The translations under genes were made by a program, and so were the position numbers. This document shows positions 1 to 13,715 of a stretch of DNA of 64,000 nt, one piece after another. The DNA lies in the NCBI RefSeq assembly GCF_009914755.1, contig NC_060927.1; one strand, 5' to 3'. This DNA is from the human T2T-CHM13v2.0 reference genome, Homo sapiens. The first letter of the stretch is position 1. Every line of letters starts with the position of its first letter. Below the pieces are notes generated by a model. It had not been told where the DNA came from. It saw only the letters and a list, made by a program, of their open reading frames with translations, and did no database searches.

Positions 1-488
1 TTCGTGAGACGTGAAATCTTTTGCTTAGCTGTAAAGTCCCATCTGACTAGACACAACTTACTGTCATTCCTCACAGTGGTGTCGCCTGGAAGCAGGAAAC
101 AGTCTTCTCTGATCTTGGAACCCACAACCTCTTTTAGTCTCTCTCTTCCCAAGTATTCCCCAGCCGTTGCCAGCAGACCTAATGTCTGAAGAAAATCTTC
201 CTACCTTCATGTTACTTTGTCACATTCTTACCATGTCAAAAAAATCCACCAAGTCCTCCTAAGGACTTGAGTTTTTGAGTAGCAAAACTCAGAAAGACTT
301 AGAGAATATTTCTGCTTTCTGCTCTGCCATATGCCTTTCCTAAGACAATGAAAACATTGCTAGCCAGAATGTAGTGAAGAAGTGGGTATAGCTTATTATC
401 GCTTAATATTATCCAGCAATAACAATAGTTGCTTAATAGTTGTAGCAAGAGTGACTTCTAACCCTGGATTCTTCACTATGTCATCTTC

Positions 489-785
<297 letters not shown>

Positions 786-832
786 CAATATTTCATCTTC
801 TTTAGCTATTGTAAAAAGAGATACAGTGAGGG

Positions 833-1826
833 TGTGGTAGGCAGAATTATGACCCCTCTACCTAAATATGTCCACATCCTAATCCTTGGAACCTGTGATT
901 ATGGTATGTGCAGACCTGCCCCAAAGCCCAAGGAAGCTGACAGGCTGAAGAAAGTGGCTGACAAATCTAGTTTCTTAGAAAGAAACATTTAATAGGGACT
1001 TATGAATAGAAGCGATATTTGTGTCTCAGGCAGTGGTGAGATAAGATGGTGGATCCCCATACCATTATCCCCCAGACTTATATAACATAAGGAAAGAGTG
1101 AGTTAGAAGGAATATGTAGGACAATGGAAATTAACTAACATCAAGGTTGTTTGATCTAAGGGCCTCATTTACATTAAGTATCTGCCCTTACACAAGGTAC
1201 AGATACACTGGAAACCTTAGAGGCCTTCCTGGAAGTGGAGTTAATCAGAAGCCAACATGGATAATTAGCATCCCAGATGGAGTTGCTTTAGACTCCACAG
1301 TATACTACATGGCAAAGGGAAATACTAAGGTTGTTTGTCAACTGACCTTGAAATAGGCAGATTATCTTGGATTATCCAGGTAGGCCTAAGGTAAATAAAG
1401 GATCCTTTAAAAGTTAAGACAGAGGTAGTAGACAGAGGGAGAACCAGAAAGATGGCAGTGTGAGAAGGACTCAACTCAACTTTGGTAACTACGAACATAG
1501 AGACAGGAATGTGGGCAGCCTCTGGAAGTGGAAACAGCAAGGAAATGGACTCTCCCCTAGGGACTGGAGAAAGAAATACAGCTCTGCTGATTTTTCAGTC
1601 CAGCCTTGGATTTTCAGCTACAGAATATAATAAAAGGCCAAGCTTAAATTATATTTCGTCAATTAGTTGGCTTTGACATATTTAGCAAGAGTAAATAAGT
1701 CTGGTCTTGATTTTAGCCCAGTGTGAGCCATTTGGGTTTCTGAACTATAGAACAGTATGTATTTGGGTTATTTTAAGCCAATAAATTTGTGGTAATTTGT
1801 TACAGCAGTCATAGAAAATGAATACA
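833..1826 (+). mobile_element. MLT1-type (MaLR) LTR interrupted by a younger LTR
   Basis: TGTGGTAGGCAGAAT start and ...AATTTGTTACAGCAG...AATACA end typical of MLT1D/E. Confidence 0.75.
907..1299 (-). mobile_element. Solo LTR (LTR47/MER72-like) nested in the MLT1
   Basis: Minus strand begins TGTGGAGTCTAAAGCAACTCCATCT; MLT1 sequence resumes on both sides. Confidence 0.6.
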
Positions 1827-2854
1827 TGGGATATTGGGGAAACACTGCAAAATTTGTAGTGAGAACACCTGAGTTTCAGTCTCAGCATTTTCATGTATGA
1901 AATCTCCACTGCGGCTGCACCACTGCCTGAGAGAGTAGATTGTAAAAAAAAATGGACTGGCTCTGTCTTCTTCCAAGATTCCATTCTCCCACTGGTACCT
2001 CCACTTTTAGCAGAACTTACCAGGAATACAGATAACAAGAGAGTCTGAGAAACAGAAATTGCAAGCTCCCTGGCACAGCAGAGAGAGGAGGGTAGAGAGA
2101 GCAATGATGAAGATGAGAGAGCAGACAGAATCTGCAAGTATTAAGTTCAACAAATATTTAATGGTCCCTTCTCTGTAACAAATATTTTCCAAGTCTACTT
2201 TGTATTTATTCTCTTATGAATCTTGTAAGCATTATAATCCTAATTATTTTCAGATGAGGAAAATGAGAGAGGGCAAAAGATTTTGCCACAGCTACTAAGT
2301 GGCAGAGAAGTGGCAGTGGGCCAGGGCTTCTGGATCAATCCAACTTAAATATTCTTTCTCATACACCAATGGTTTTTTTATCATGAGTTAGTAATTTTGA
2401 AATGAGTCTGAGGATATAGAGGCAAAAAGGACTTACTTGTTGCATAGGATCTATGAATCCTAACTATGTATGTGCTGAACAAAAGGCCTTCATGAGGTAA
2501 AAAATGATAGAACTGAAAGGGGAAATAGACAAATCCAGACTTTTACTCAAACACGCCAACACTCCTCTCAGATTAATCAATAGCATAAGTAGATGGAAAA
2601 TCAGCTAGGATGTCAGCCACTTGACCTAACTGACAGAACATTCCAAAGACAGGAGAATACACATTCTTACAAGTACATGTGGAATATTCACCAAGATACA
2701 CTGCATTCTGGGTAATAAAACAAACCTCAGTAAAGTCAAAAGAACTGAATCCATACTAAGTATGTTCTCTAAACCCAACAAAATTAAGTGAAAGATCAAA
2801 AACTGAACTATCTGGAAAACAATCAAATATTTGGAAGTCAAACAATGCATTATG

Positions 2855-2980
2855 GCTGGGCATGGTGGCTCACGCCTGTAATCCTAGCAATTTAGGAGGC
2901 CAAGGGAGAGGATCTCTTAAGCCCAGGTGTTTAAGACCAGTCTGGGCAACATAGGGAGACCCTGCCTCTATTTTTTTTTA
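2855..2980 (+). mobile_element. FLAM/Alu monomer
   Basis: Single Alu left-arm-type unit. Confidence 0.85.
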
Positions 2981-3021
2981 ATTAAACAAAATTTTAAAAA
3001 TAAAACTTTAAAAACGTTTTA

Positions 3022-4392
3022 AATTTTTCCATAGTTTATTGGGGTACAGGATGTGTTTGGTTACATGAGTAAGTTCTTTAGTGGTGATTTGTGAGATTTT
3101 GGTGCACCCATCACCTGAGCAGTATACACTGCACCCTATTTGTAGTCTTTTATCCCTCACCCCCATCCCACCCTTCCCCCCAAGACCCCAAAGTCCATTG
3201 TATCATTCTTATGCCTTTGCGTCCTCATAGCTTAGCTCCTATATATCAGTGAGAACATACGATGTTTGGTTTTCCATTCCTGAGTTACTTCACTGAGAAT
3301 AATAGTCTCCAATCTCATCCAGGTTGCTGCAAATGCTATTAATTCATTCCTTTTTCATGGCTGAGTAGTATTCCATCATATATATATCATAATTGTTTTA
3401 TCTGCTTGTTGATTGATGGGCATTTGGGTTGGTTCCATGATTTTGCATTTGGGAATTGTGCTGCTATAAAAATGTGTGTGCAAATGTCCTTTTCATATAA
3501 TGACTTCTTTTCCTCTGGGTAGATACCCTGATTTGAGATTACTGGATCAAATGGTAGTTCTACTTTTAGTTCTTCAAGGGATCTCCACAGTGTTTTCCAT
3601 AGTGGCTGTACCAGTTTACATTCCCACCAGCAGTGTAAGTGTTCCCTGATCACCACATCCACACCAACATCTACTGTTTTTTGATTTTTTTTATTATGGC
3701 CATTCTTGGAGGAGTAAGGTGGTATCACATTGTGGTTTTGATTTGCATTTCCCTGATCATTAGTGATGTTGAGCATTTTTTAATATGTTTGTTGGCCATT
3801 TGTATATCTTCTTTTGAGAATTGTCTATTCATGTCCTTAGCCCACTTTTCGATGGGATTGTTTTTTTCTTACTGATTTGTTTGAGTTCGCTGTAGATTCT
3901 GGATATTAGTCCCATGTCAGATGTATAAATTGAGAAGATTTTTCTCCCACTCTGTGGGTTGTCTGTTTACTAACTGTTCCTTTTGCCCTGCAAAAGCTCT
4001 TTAGTTTAATTAAGTCCCAGCTATTTATCTTTGTTTTTATTGCATTTGCTTTTGGGTCTTTGCTCATGAAATCCTTGCCTAAGCCAATGTCTAGAAGGGT
4101 TTTTCCAATGTTATCTTCTAGAATTTTTACAGTTTCAGGTCTTAGATTTAAGTCCTTAATCCATCTTGAGTTGTTTTTTGTATAAAGTGAGAGATGAGGA
4201 TCCAGTTTCATTCTCCCACATGTGGCTAGCCAATTATCCCAGCACCATTTGTTGAAAAGGGTGTCCTTTCCCCACTTTACATTTTTGTTGGCTTTGTAAA
4301 GATCAGTTGGCTGTTAAGTATTTGGGTTTTATTTCTGGGTTCTCTATTCTGTTTCAATGGTCTATATGCCTATTTTTATACCAGTACCATTC
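3022..4392 (-). mobile_element. 5'-truncated L1PB (ORF2 C-terminus + 3'UTR)
   Basis: ORF track shows L1 ORF2 peptides (KLDPHLS...WIKDLN; [14 protein letters not shown]); L1PB-type 3' end. Confidence 0.9.
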
Positions 4393-4591
4393 TGTCTCTT
4401 TTTTTTAATTAAACAAAATTTTAAAAATTAAAAAAAAATAAAAATGTAAAAAAACCCCACATTACAAAAAGAGCCATTGGGCAAAAAGTTACGAAGAAAA
4501 TTATAAAATATGTTTAAACTGAATGGAAATAAAAACACACCTTATCAATAGCTGTGTGATATAGCTAAAGCAGTCTTTGGAAGGAAATGTA

Positions 4592-4975
4592 GGCTGGGCA
4601 TGATGGCTCACATCTGTAATCCCAGCACCTTGGGGGGCCGAGGCGGGCAGATCACCTGAGGTCAAGAGTTCAAGACCAGCCTGGCCAACATGGCATAACC
4701 CCATCTCTACTAAAAATACAAAAATTAGCCAGGTGTAGCAGCGCATGCCTGTAGTCCCAGCTACCCAGCAGGCTGAGGCATGAGAATTGCTTGAATACTC
4801 GGGAGGCTGAGACACAAGAATAGCTTGAACCCAGGAAGCGGAGGCTGCAGTGAGCTGAGATCACACCACTGCAATCCAGCCTGGGCAACAGAGGGAGATT
4901 CTGTCTCAAAAAAAAAGAAAAGAAAGAAAGAAAGGAAAGAAATGTATAGCATTAAAACAAACAAACAAACAAAAA
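4592..4975 (+). mobile_element. AluS with internal duplication in the right arm
   Basis: Alu consensus; ~33-nt segment repeated at 4761-4829. Confidence 0.9.
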
Positions 4976-6628
4976 GCCTCCAATCAAAGATTGAAGCTTG
5001 CACCTTAAGACACTAGAAAAAAATGCAAATGTAACCTAAAGCAAGCAGAAGAAATGAAATAATCAAGAGCAGAAACTTAATCAAACTGAAAATAGAAAAC
5101 AATAGAGAAAATAACTCAAAACCTTTAAAAAATGCAATAAAATGGACAAATAAACCTCTAGCAGTCTGAAAAAATTTTTAAAGAGATGACACGAATTACC
5201 AATATTGGAAGGACACCATACCAATTTTGTATTGAAAAAGTAGCTATTAGACCCTAAAAACATTAAAAAGATAATATTGTTAATATTACAAATAACCTTA
5301 GCTCATAAATTCAAAAACTTGGGCAAATTGACAAATTCCTTCAAAGGCACAAACTACGAAAGAAGAATAGAAAACATGAATAATCTAAATTTTCTAAAGA
5401 AACAGATTCATGATTAAAAACATTCCAACAGAACAAAATCTAGGCTGAGATGGCTTCATTGGTGATTTCTCCCAAGTGGTTAAGGAAGAACTAATACCAA
5501 TTACAGTACACACAAACCTCCAGAAGTTAAAATAGGACGGATCACTACCCAAGTCAGTTTATGAAGCCAGCCTTATCCTGATACCAAAGACATTACAAAG
5601 TAAATAAATAAAACTTCACATCATTCTTCATCAACCTGGAACAAAACATTAGCAAATTAACCCAGAAACATATAAAAATGACAGTACATAATGGGCAAGT
5701 GGGGTTTATCCCAGGAATATAAGCTTGGTTCCACTTTCAAAAATTAGTCAATATACTTCACTACATCAGCAGACTAAAGAAGAAAAACCATATGATCATC
5801 TCGATGCATGTAAGAAAAGCATTTATAATTCAACATTTATCTGTAATAAAATATTCAACAAACTAGAAACAATAGTTCCTCAACTTCACAAAAAGCATCT
5901 AGAGAAAACTTACAGGTAACATCATACGTTATGGTGAAAGAATGAATGCTCATCCTCCAGGATCAGAAAAAAATTTAAAGATGTCAGATCTGACTGTTCC
6001 CATTCAATATCATACTAGAAGTCCTATTCAGTACAATATGACAAAAAAAAGTATTTTAAATGGCATGCAGATTATAGAAAGAAATAAGACTATGTCTATC
6101 AACAGATGACATTATTATCTGTATAGAAACTTCCAGAGAAACCCCAAAAGAGCTATCAGAACAAATAAGTACATTTAGCAAGGCTGCAGAATAGAAGGTC
6201 AATATACAAAAATAAATTGGATTTCTATGTACCAGCAGTGAAAAACTAGAAACTGTAATTTTAGAACAACAGTATTGTCTATACAAAAAAATATAAAATA
6301 TTTAAGTATAAATCTGACAAAGTAAGTGCAAAGGCAATTCAGTGGAGAAAGAATAGTCTTTTCAACAAATGGTGCTGGAAGAATTGGATATCCATGTGCA
6401 AAGAAATGAACTTTGAGCCATATCTTGCAACATATGCAAAAATTAACTCAAAATGAATCCCAGACCTAATAGTAAAACTGAAATCCATAAGTCACATAAG
6501 AGAAAACTTTTGTGAACTTTGGTTAGGCAAAATATTTTAGATATGACACCAAATGCTGATTGCTTTAAAAATGATAAATTGGACTTCACCAAAATTAAGC
6601 ATGTCTGCTTTTTGAAAGACACCATTAA

Positions 6629-6930
6629 GGCTGGGCATGGTAACTCACACCTGTAACCCCAGCACCTTGGGAGGCCACAGCAGGAGGATTGCTTGAGGTC
6701 AGGAGTTCAAGATCAGCCTGGGCAATATAGCGAGACCTCAATTCTACAAAACATTACAAAATTAGCCAGGTGTAGTATCATGCACCTGTAGTCCCAGCTA
6801 CTCAGGAGGTTGAGGCAGGAGGATAACTTGTGTGCAAGTGTTGCCTTCCAAGTTGCAGTGAGCTATGACCACCCTGCTGCACACCAGACTGGGTAACAGA
6901 GCAAGACCTTGTCTCTAAATAAAATAATTT
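6629..6930 (+). mobile_element. AluJ
   Basis: Diverged dimeric Alu. Confidence 0.88.
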
Positions 6931-6957
6931 TTTAAAACACCGTTAAAAAAAAAATCA

Positions 6958-7301
<344 letters not shown>

Positions 7302-8283
7302 TCAATAAAAAGAAAAAAGAAAAAAATTCCAATTTAAAAATGTGCAAAAGTTCTGGACAGACACTGAACCATAGAAGATATATGGCTGGGAAGTAAATAC
7401 ATGAAAACTTAGTCAACTTTATTAATCATTAGGGAAATGCAAATTAAAACCACATTGAGATACCACTACACACCTATTAGAATGGACTAAAAAAACCTGA
7501 CAATTACAAATGTTATTAAGGATGTGGAGCAACAGACTCTCATTAAATTTTGATGAGAATTAAAAAAAAGGTACAGCTACTTTGCCAGTTTGGCTGTTTC
7601 CTATAAAGTTAAACTTATATATACTATACAACCTCCCTCTCAATCCCATTCCTATGCATTTACCCAAGTAAACTGAAAACTTTTGGTTGCACAAAAACCT
7701 ATGCATAAATGTTTATAGCCACTTTATCCATAACTGCCAAATACTGGAAATTACCAAAATGTTCAACAAGTAAATGGATAAATTGTGATATACCCATACA
7801 ATGGAGAAGTAATTAGCAATAAGAATGAATATTGATTAATCTAACAAAATGAATGAATCATGAATCCATTTTAGAAATGGAAAAAAGCCAGATTTAAAAA
7901 GCTATACATTATTTCATTTATATGACAACATATAAAAGGCAAAACTATGTGGAAAATAGACCAATGATTGTTTGAGGGTTGAAAGAGTGGTGATGATTAC
8001 AAAGTGGCTACACACAGGAATTTTTACAGTGATGGAACTATTGCTCTATGGCATTTTGGTGGTTGATATGTAAATGACTCTATGCATTTATCAAAACCCA
8101 TCAAATTGTATACCACAAAGAGTAAATTTTACTACATGCAAATTAAGAAGTAATTCAACTAAAATGTCAGAATGAAATCCAGACTGAAGAATGAATTCAA
8201 TTACATTACAATTACATGACATAGCCTCTTTGAAGAGGTGAGAAAGAAAAGGCACGAATCTAAGTAACTTAAGAAAATACTGG

Positions 8284-10241
8284 TTTGGAACTGGGTAATG
8301 AACAGAGGTTGTTAGAGTTTGGAGGGCTCAAATGACAGGAAGATGAGGGAAAGTTTGAAACTTCTTAGAGATTGGCTAAATAATTGTGACCAAAATGCAG
8401 ATAGTGATATGGACAGTATCCAGACTGACAAGGTCTCAGATGGAAATCAGAAATTATTGGGAACTGGGGCAAAGGTCACACGTTATTCCTTAGCAAAGAA
8501 CTTGGCTGCACTGTGCCCCCGCTCTAAGGATCTGTGGAAGTTGAAACTTCAGAGTGATGATTTAAGGTATCTGGTAGAAGAAATTTCTTAGCAGCAAAGT
8601 GTTCAAGTGTGGCCTGTTTGCTTCTAACAGCCTAACTCATATGTGGGAGCAAATAAATGATGAAAAGTGGGAATCTATATTTAGAAGGGAAGCAGAGCAT
8701 AAAAGTTTGAAAGATTTGCAGCCTGGCCATATGGCAGAGAAAGAAAAATCTTTTTCAGCAGAGGAATTCAAGCAGGCTGTGGAGCAACCAGTTGTTAGTG
8801 ATATCAGCATAAATAAAAGAGAGCCAAGTGCTAATTTCCAAGACAATGGGGAAAAGGCCCAAAGGCATTTCAGAGATCTCTCAGACAGCCCCTCCCATCA
8901 TAGGCCCTGAGGGCTAGGAGGACTGAATGGTTTTCTTGGCCAGGCCCAGGATCCCCACTGCCATGTGTAGCCTCAGAACACTGCTTCCACATCCTGGCCA
9001 CTCCAGCTCTAGCCTGCACTCAAAGAGGCCCAGATACAGCTCAGGACACCACTTCAGAGGGTGAAAGCCACAAACTTTAGCAGTTTTCACATAGTGTTAA
9101 GCCTGTAGGCACACAGACAGCAGGAGTGAGGGAGGCTTGGCACCTTTCCCCTAAATTTCAAAAATGTAAGGGAAAGGATGGATGTCCAGGCACAAGACTG
9201 CTGTAGGGTTGGAGCCCTCACAGAGAACCTCTACTAGGGTAGTGTGAGGAGGAAATGTGGGGTTGGAGTCTCCACACCAAGTGCCCACTAGAGTACTGCC
9301 TAGTGGAGCTGTGGGAAAGGGGCCACCATCCTCCAGCCCCTAGAAAGGTAGATCCACTGGCAGCTTTATCCTGTGCCTGGAAAAGCCTCAGGCACTCAAC
9401 CTGTGATAGCAGCTGCAGGGTTCAACAAGGCCACAGAGGCTAAGCTGCTCAAGGCCTTGGGAGCCTACTTCTTGCACCAGTGTGCCTTGGAGTCAAACGA
9501 GGCTATTTTGGAGCTTTAAGATTTAGTGACTGCTTTGATAGGTTTTGAAGTTGCATGGTGACTGTAACACATTTTTTTTTTTTTTGGCCAATTTTCCCCT
9601 TTTGGAATGGGAATGTTTACCCAATGTCTATACCCCCATTGTATCTTGGGAGTAAATAAGTTATTACAGGGTCATAGGTGGAAGGAACTCATCTTCTTCA
9701 GATAAGACTTTGGACTTTGGAGTTAATGTTGAAATAAGTTAAGACTTTAGGGGACTGTTAAGAAGAGATTATTGTATTTTGTGATGTGAGAAAGACAGGA
9801 GATTTAAGGGGGCCAGAGGCAGAAGGAAATAGTTTGTATATTTGTCCCTGCCCAAATTTCACATTGAAATGTAATCCCCAATGTTGGTGGTAGGGCCTAG
9901 TGGGAAGTGTTTGTCTGATGGTGGCAGATCCATGATGAATGACTTGGTACCATTAATTTGGTGATGAGTTGTCTTTCTCACTTCACATATCCAGTTGTTT
10001 AAAAGTGTGGGGTCCCTCCCCCCAACCCCTGCCTTGCTCCTGCTTTCACAATGTGAAGTGCCTGCTCCCACTTCACTTTCCGCCATAAGTAAAAGCTCCT
10101 TGAGGCCTTCCCAGAAGCTAAGCAGATGCCAGAGCACCATGCTTCCTGTACAACCTGCAGAATCATGAGCCAATTAAAACTCTTTTCTTTATAAATTACC
10201 CAGTCTCAGATATTTCTTTATAGCAAGAATGGCCTACTACA
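8284..10241 (+). mobile_element. MST (MaLR) internal sequence (8284-9824) plus a single MST LTR (~9825-10241)
   Basis: tttggaactgggtaatg...gatgagggaaagtttg internal motif; purine tract before the LTR; LTR end ...ataaattacccagtctcag...tatagca...ctactaca. Confidence 0.85.
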
Positions 10242-10899
10242 CAAAATTGGTATTGTATGAACTGTACTCCAGTTGGAGTAAATTTGTTTTTGACACAAGC
10301 GTAGGTTAGTAGCTCTGAAGCTATATTAAATGTATACTAGAGTTGAACAAATAATAAATTGTAGATAATGAGAGCCAGATTACAAGAAAGAAGTGACAGG
10401 TAAGCCAGGGGGGAAGGCTAGAATGAACTGTGTGGCACGGGATTAGTGTTCGCAATATCACAAGAATGCATATTTATGCAATACAGAAATAGAGATATGT
10501 GAGTATACATGGTGAAGTATACATACATATATGAGGGGACCTAGAAGCAATGATACCTTGGGAGCAATGAACACACCTAAAGCCCAGATCTTGGTTTCTA
10601 AATACTATTCTCCAATAAAAGAATCTAAGGTCTTTAAAGAAATGGTTTATCTATGACTGAGGCCTGGAAAATACTAGATGAGCCTGGAATATTTTGAAAT
10701 GCCAGAAAGTAACAAAGTGCTTTTTAAAAAAGGACAGTGGCATGGTGAAAGGATACAGGAGTCAACCTGAAAGAATTCCCAATGGCTAAAGAAGTTACAA
10801 TGTGAGCAACAAAATAAGTATCCTAACTTTATGACTGGATTCTAACCTCTAGAATAAAATAAATATCCATGACTCTATCCTGATAATTCAGTAAACAAT

Positions 10900-11480
10900 T
10901 AGCCTTGCCTAATGAAAGTTTCACCCTTTGCCTCCAGCTCCCGGGAAGTACCCTCTTAGCCCTTGAATACCCTGCCCTATAAGAGTGTCTTTGTTTACCT
11001 GGAGGGGTTGGGACCTGGCAAATAATCTATGTTAAGGTGAATTGTGGTGGGCCACCTTAAGCCATTGGGTATCAGGCTCAATCTCTGACCTGAGGCTGGA
11101 AACGCATGCATATATGTGACCCAGCCCAAATGAAATGTGTACGCCAAGGCTTGGAAGAGCTTCCCTACTCGGCAGTACCATGCACGTTGCACACAATTGC
11201 TAGGAGGGGTAAGCACTGCCCACACAACTCCACTGGGAGAAGATAACTAGAAACTCTGCACTTAGTGTCTCTTGGCCTTTGCCCTTTGTGCCTCCTTCCT
11301 TGGGTGATTTTAATCTCTATCCTTTTGCTGTAATAAACCATAACCATGACTATAATGGCTTTGCTGAGTTCTGTACATACTTCTAGAGAAGTATTGATCT
11401 GGAGGGTAGTCTTGGAGACACCCGAGTTTGCAGTTGGTGTCAGAAGCGAGGGTGGCCTTGGGGATTCCCAGATTTTGCGT
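10900..11480 (+). mobile_element. MER21-type LTR
   Basis: ataagagtgtctttgtttacctgg and ccttttgctgtaataaaccataaccatgac motifs. Confidence 0.65.
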
Positions 11481-11555
11481 TGATATAAATGACTAAAAAA
11501 AATGAATGAGGGGATAAATCTTCCTTATGGAAGAATGACAAACAATAAATGTAAA

Positions 11556-11820
11556 GCCAGACAGAGAGGCTTACATTTGCAATCCCAGCATTTTCAGAGG
11601 CCAAGGTGGAAGAATCACTTGAGTCCAGGAGTTGGAGACCAGCCTAGCCTAAGCAACATAGGGAGACCATGGTGGTGCATGCCAGTAGTCCGAGCTACAC
11701 AGGAGGCTGAGCCTGGAGGATTGTTTTGAGTCCAGGAGTTGGAGGCTACAGTGAGCTACAATTGCGCCCCTGCACTAAAACCTGGGCAACTGAGCAAAAC
11801 CCTGCCTCTAAAAATGTAAA
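11556..11820 (+). mobile_element. Degenerate AluJ
   Basis: Alu arms with the mid A-rich linker deleted. Confidence 0.8.
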
Positions 11821-12756
11821 AGGGAAGAGGAAAATAATTATGATTAAAACTCCACAGTAATAATTGATGCTGGTAACATTCACTTATGAATGTGAAAATT
11901 AGAGGGCCATGCTTGAAGGAGAAACAGGTTATCCGCATAGCCTCAAAGTATCCTCCCAAAATATGTATTAATTACTGTGGTGGTTTTAACATACATCCAT
12001 AGATTCTCTTCCCCTTAAGAGGTAGAGCTCAATTTCTCTCCCTTGAATATGGGCTGGAATTCAAAAATCACTTCTAATGAACAGAGGATGGAAAAACAGT
12101 AACTTTATAGTAGAGAAATCTTGCAGACACTACATTTGCCAAATGATCAAAGTCACCAATAATAAATCATGTTATCATGCACCCCCTGTAATGATGTGAT
12201 GAGAAGGACATTTAAAGTCTGAGTCTTCCCCCAAACCCGTAACACCTGTCTGAACATGAGAAAACATCAGACAAACCTAACTTGAGGGACATTCTATAAA
12301 ATACTTGACCAGACTTCTTCAAAATTGACAAGGACATAAAAAACAGAAGAGACTGAGAAAGTGTCACAAATGGAAAGAGACAAGGAAAACATAATGACCC
12401 CATGCAATGTGGTATTCTGCACTGGATCCTGGGACACAAAAAGGACATTGGTGAGAAGCTGGAAAAATCTGAATAAATTCTAGCTTTGTTAAAAAGTATT
12501 GCACCAATGTTACTTTCTTAGTTTTGATCAGTATACCAAATGTTATTACTACCAGGGGATTCTGGTTAAAGGACATAAGGGAACTTACTGTACTATCTTT
12601 GCAACTCTTTGAATAATTTTAGATTTATAATAGACATGCTTTTCTTAAGACTGATCATACCAAGTTGTTGAGGACACAGACCAACAAGAACTGTCATATA
12701 CTGTTGCTTGAAAAATGTAAAACAGTATGTAGTACAACAACTTTAGAAAACAATTT

Positions 12757-13048
12757 GGCCACACTGGGCACAGTGGCTCACGCCTATAATACCAACACTT
12801 TAGGAGGAAGAGACAGAAGACTTGAGTCCAGAAGTTCTAGACAAGCCTGGGCAACATAGCAAGACCTCATCTCTACAGAAAAAAAAAAATTAGCTGGGTG
12901 TGGTGGCTCGTGCCTGTGGTCTCAGCTACTCAGGAGGCTGACGTGGGAGAAGCGCTTGAGCTGGGGAGGTAGAGGCTGCAGTGAGCCGCGACTGTGCCTT
13001 CACACTCAGCCTGGGTAAGGAAAAGACCATCTCCACCAAAAAAAAAAA
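12757..13048 (+). mobile_element. AluJ
   Basis: Dimeric Alu. Confidence 0.88.
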
Positions 13049-13049
13049 G

Positions 13050-13538
13050 GAGTTGGCAAGTTTCTTCAGAAAATAAACATATATATAGTTTTTTACCCAA
13101 GAGAAATGAAAGCAAGCATGTCCTGTACACAAATAAGTCCTGTACATGAATCTTCACAGCAACATCATCAGTAAGGGCCCAAAAAGTAGGAACAATCCAA
13201 ATGTTGATCAACAGGTTATTGGTTAGATGATTTACAGTACATCCACACAACAGAATATTCAGTAAATAGTAGTTCATTTCCAAAAGGAATGATGGATGAA
13301 ACATGGATGAATCTCCAAAAATTACACTGAGTGAAAGAAGCCAGACTGTTCCCTCCCAGAAGAGTAAACTATGATTCTATTTTCATAAAGTTCTGGAAGA
13401 CATAAACCCACCTATAGTGACAGAAAGCAAACCAGTGGTTGTCTGAGAACAGTGAGGCAGGACAGATGGGGTTGGGGCAGACGAATTCATTCCCAAAAGG
13501 CAACAGGAAACTTTTAAAGGTGACAGATATGTTTATTT
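13050..13538 (+). mobile_element. L1ME-type 3' end (resumes at ~14668-14830)
   Basis: catggatgaatctc...tgagtgaaagaagccagac motif; continuation catatacatatgtcaaaac after the insert. Confidence 0.7.
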
Positions 13539-13715
13539 GTGTAAATTTAAGGGGTAGAAGGGCAGTTTTGATGTGTGAATATATTTTGTAGTGAGAAAGT
13601 CTGGTGTTTTAGTGCAACAATCACCCAAACATTGTACACATGAAGTAATTAAGTAATTTCTCCTCTCTCACCCACCCCCAGCCTTCTAAGCCTCCCATGT
13701 CTATCACCCCACATT
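13539..13715 (-). mobile_element. Short L1MA/PB 3'-terminal fragment abutting the NUMT
   Basis: tttaaggggtagaagggcagttttg...caatcacccaaac...aagtaatttctc resembles the reverse L1MA 3' end. Confidence 0.6.

Larger units (their letters stand above)
10253..12610 (+). mobile_element. L1MC/MD-type 3' region fragments interrupted by MER21 and Alu
   Basis: Characteristic motifs (gagggacattctataaaatacttgaccag; ctggatcctgggacacaaaaaggacatt). Confidence 0.65.

Noticed and set aside
3387-4211. ORFs with L1 ORF2-like peptides
   Set aside because: Fragments of a truncated, frameshifted L1PB; not functional CDS
4501-5016. ORFs of 60-150 aa overlapping Alus (also 14045-14748, 17226-17617, 19323-19940, 38312-38765, 42973-43290, 55917-56234)
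   Set aside because: Typical Alu-derived peptides (e.g. [17 protein letters not shown]); no evidence of real genes
8319-9443. Plus-strand ORFs of 62-103 aa
   Set aside because: Broken remnants of the MaLR internal ORF
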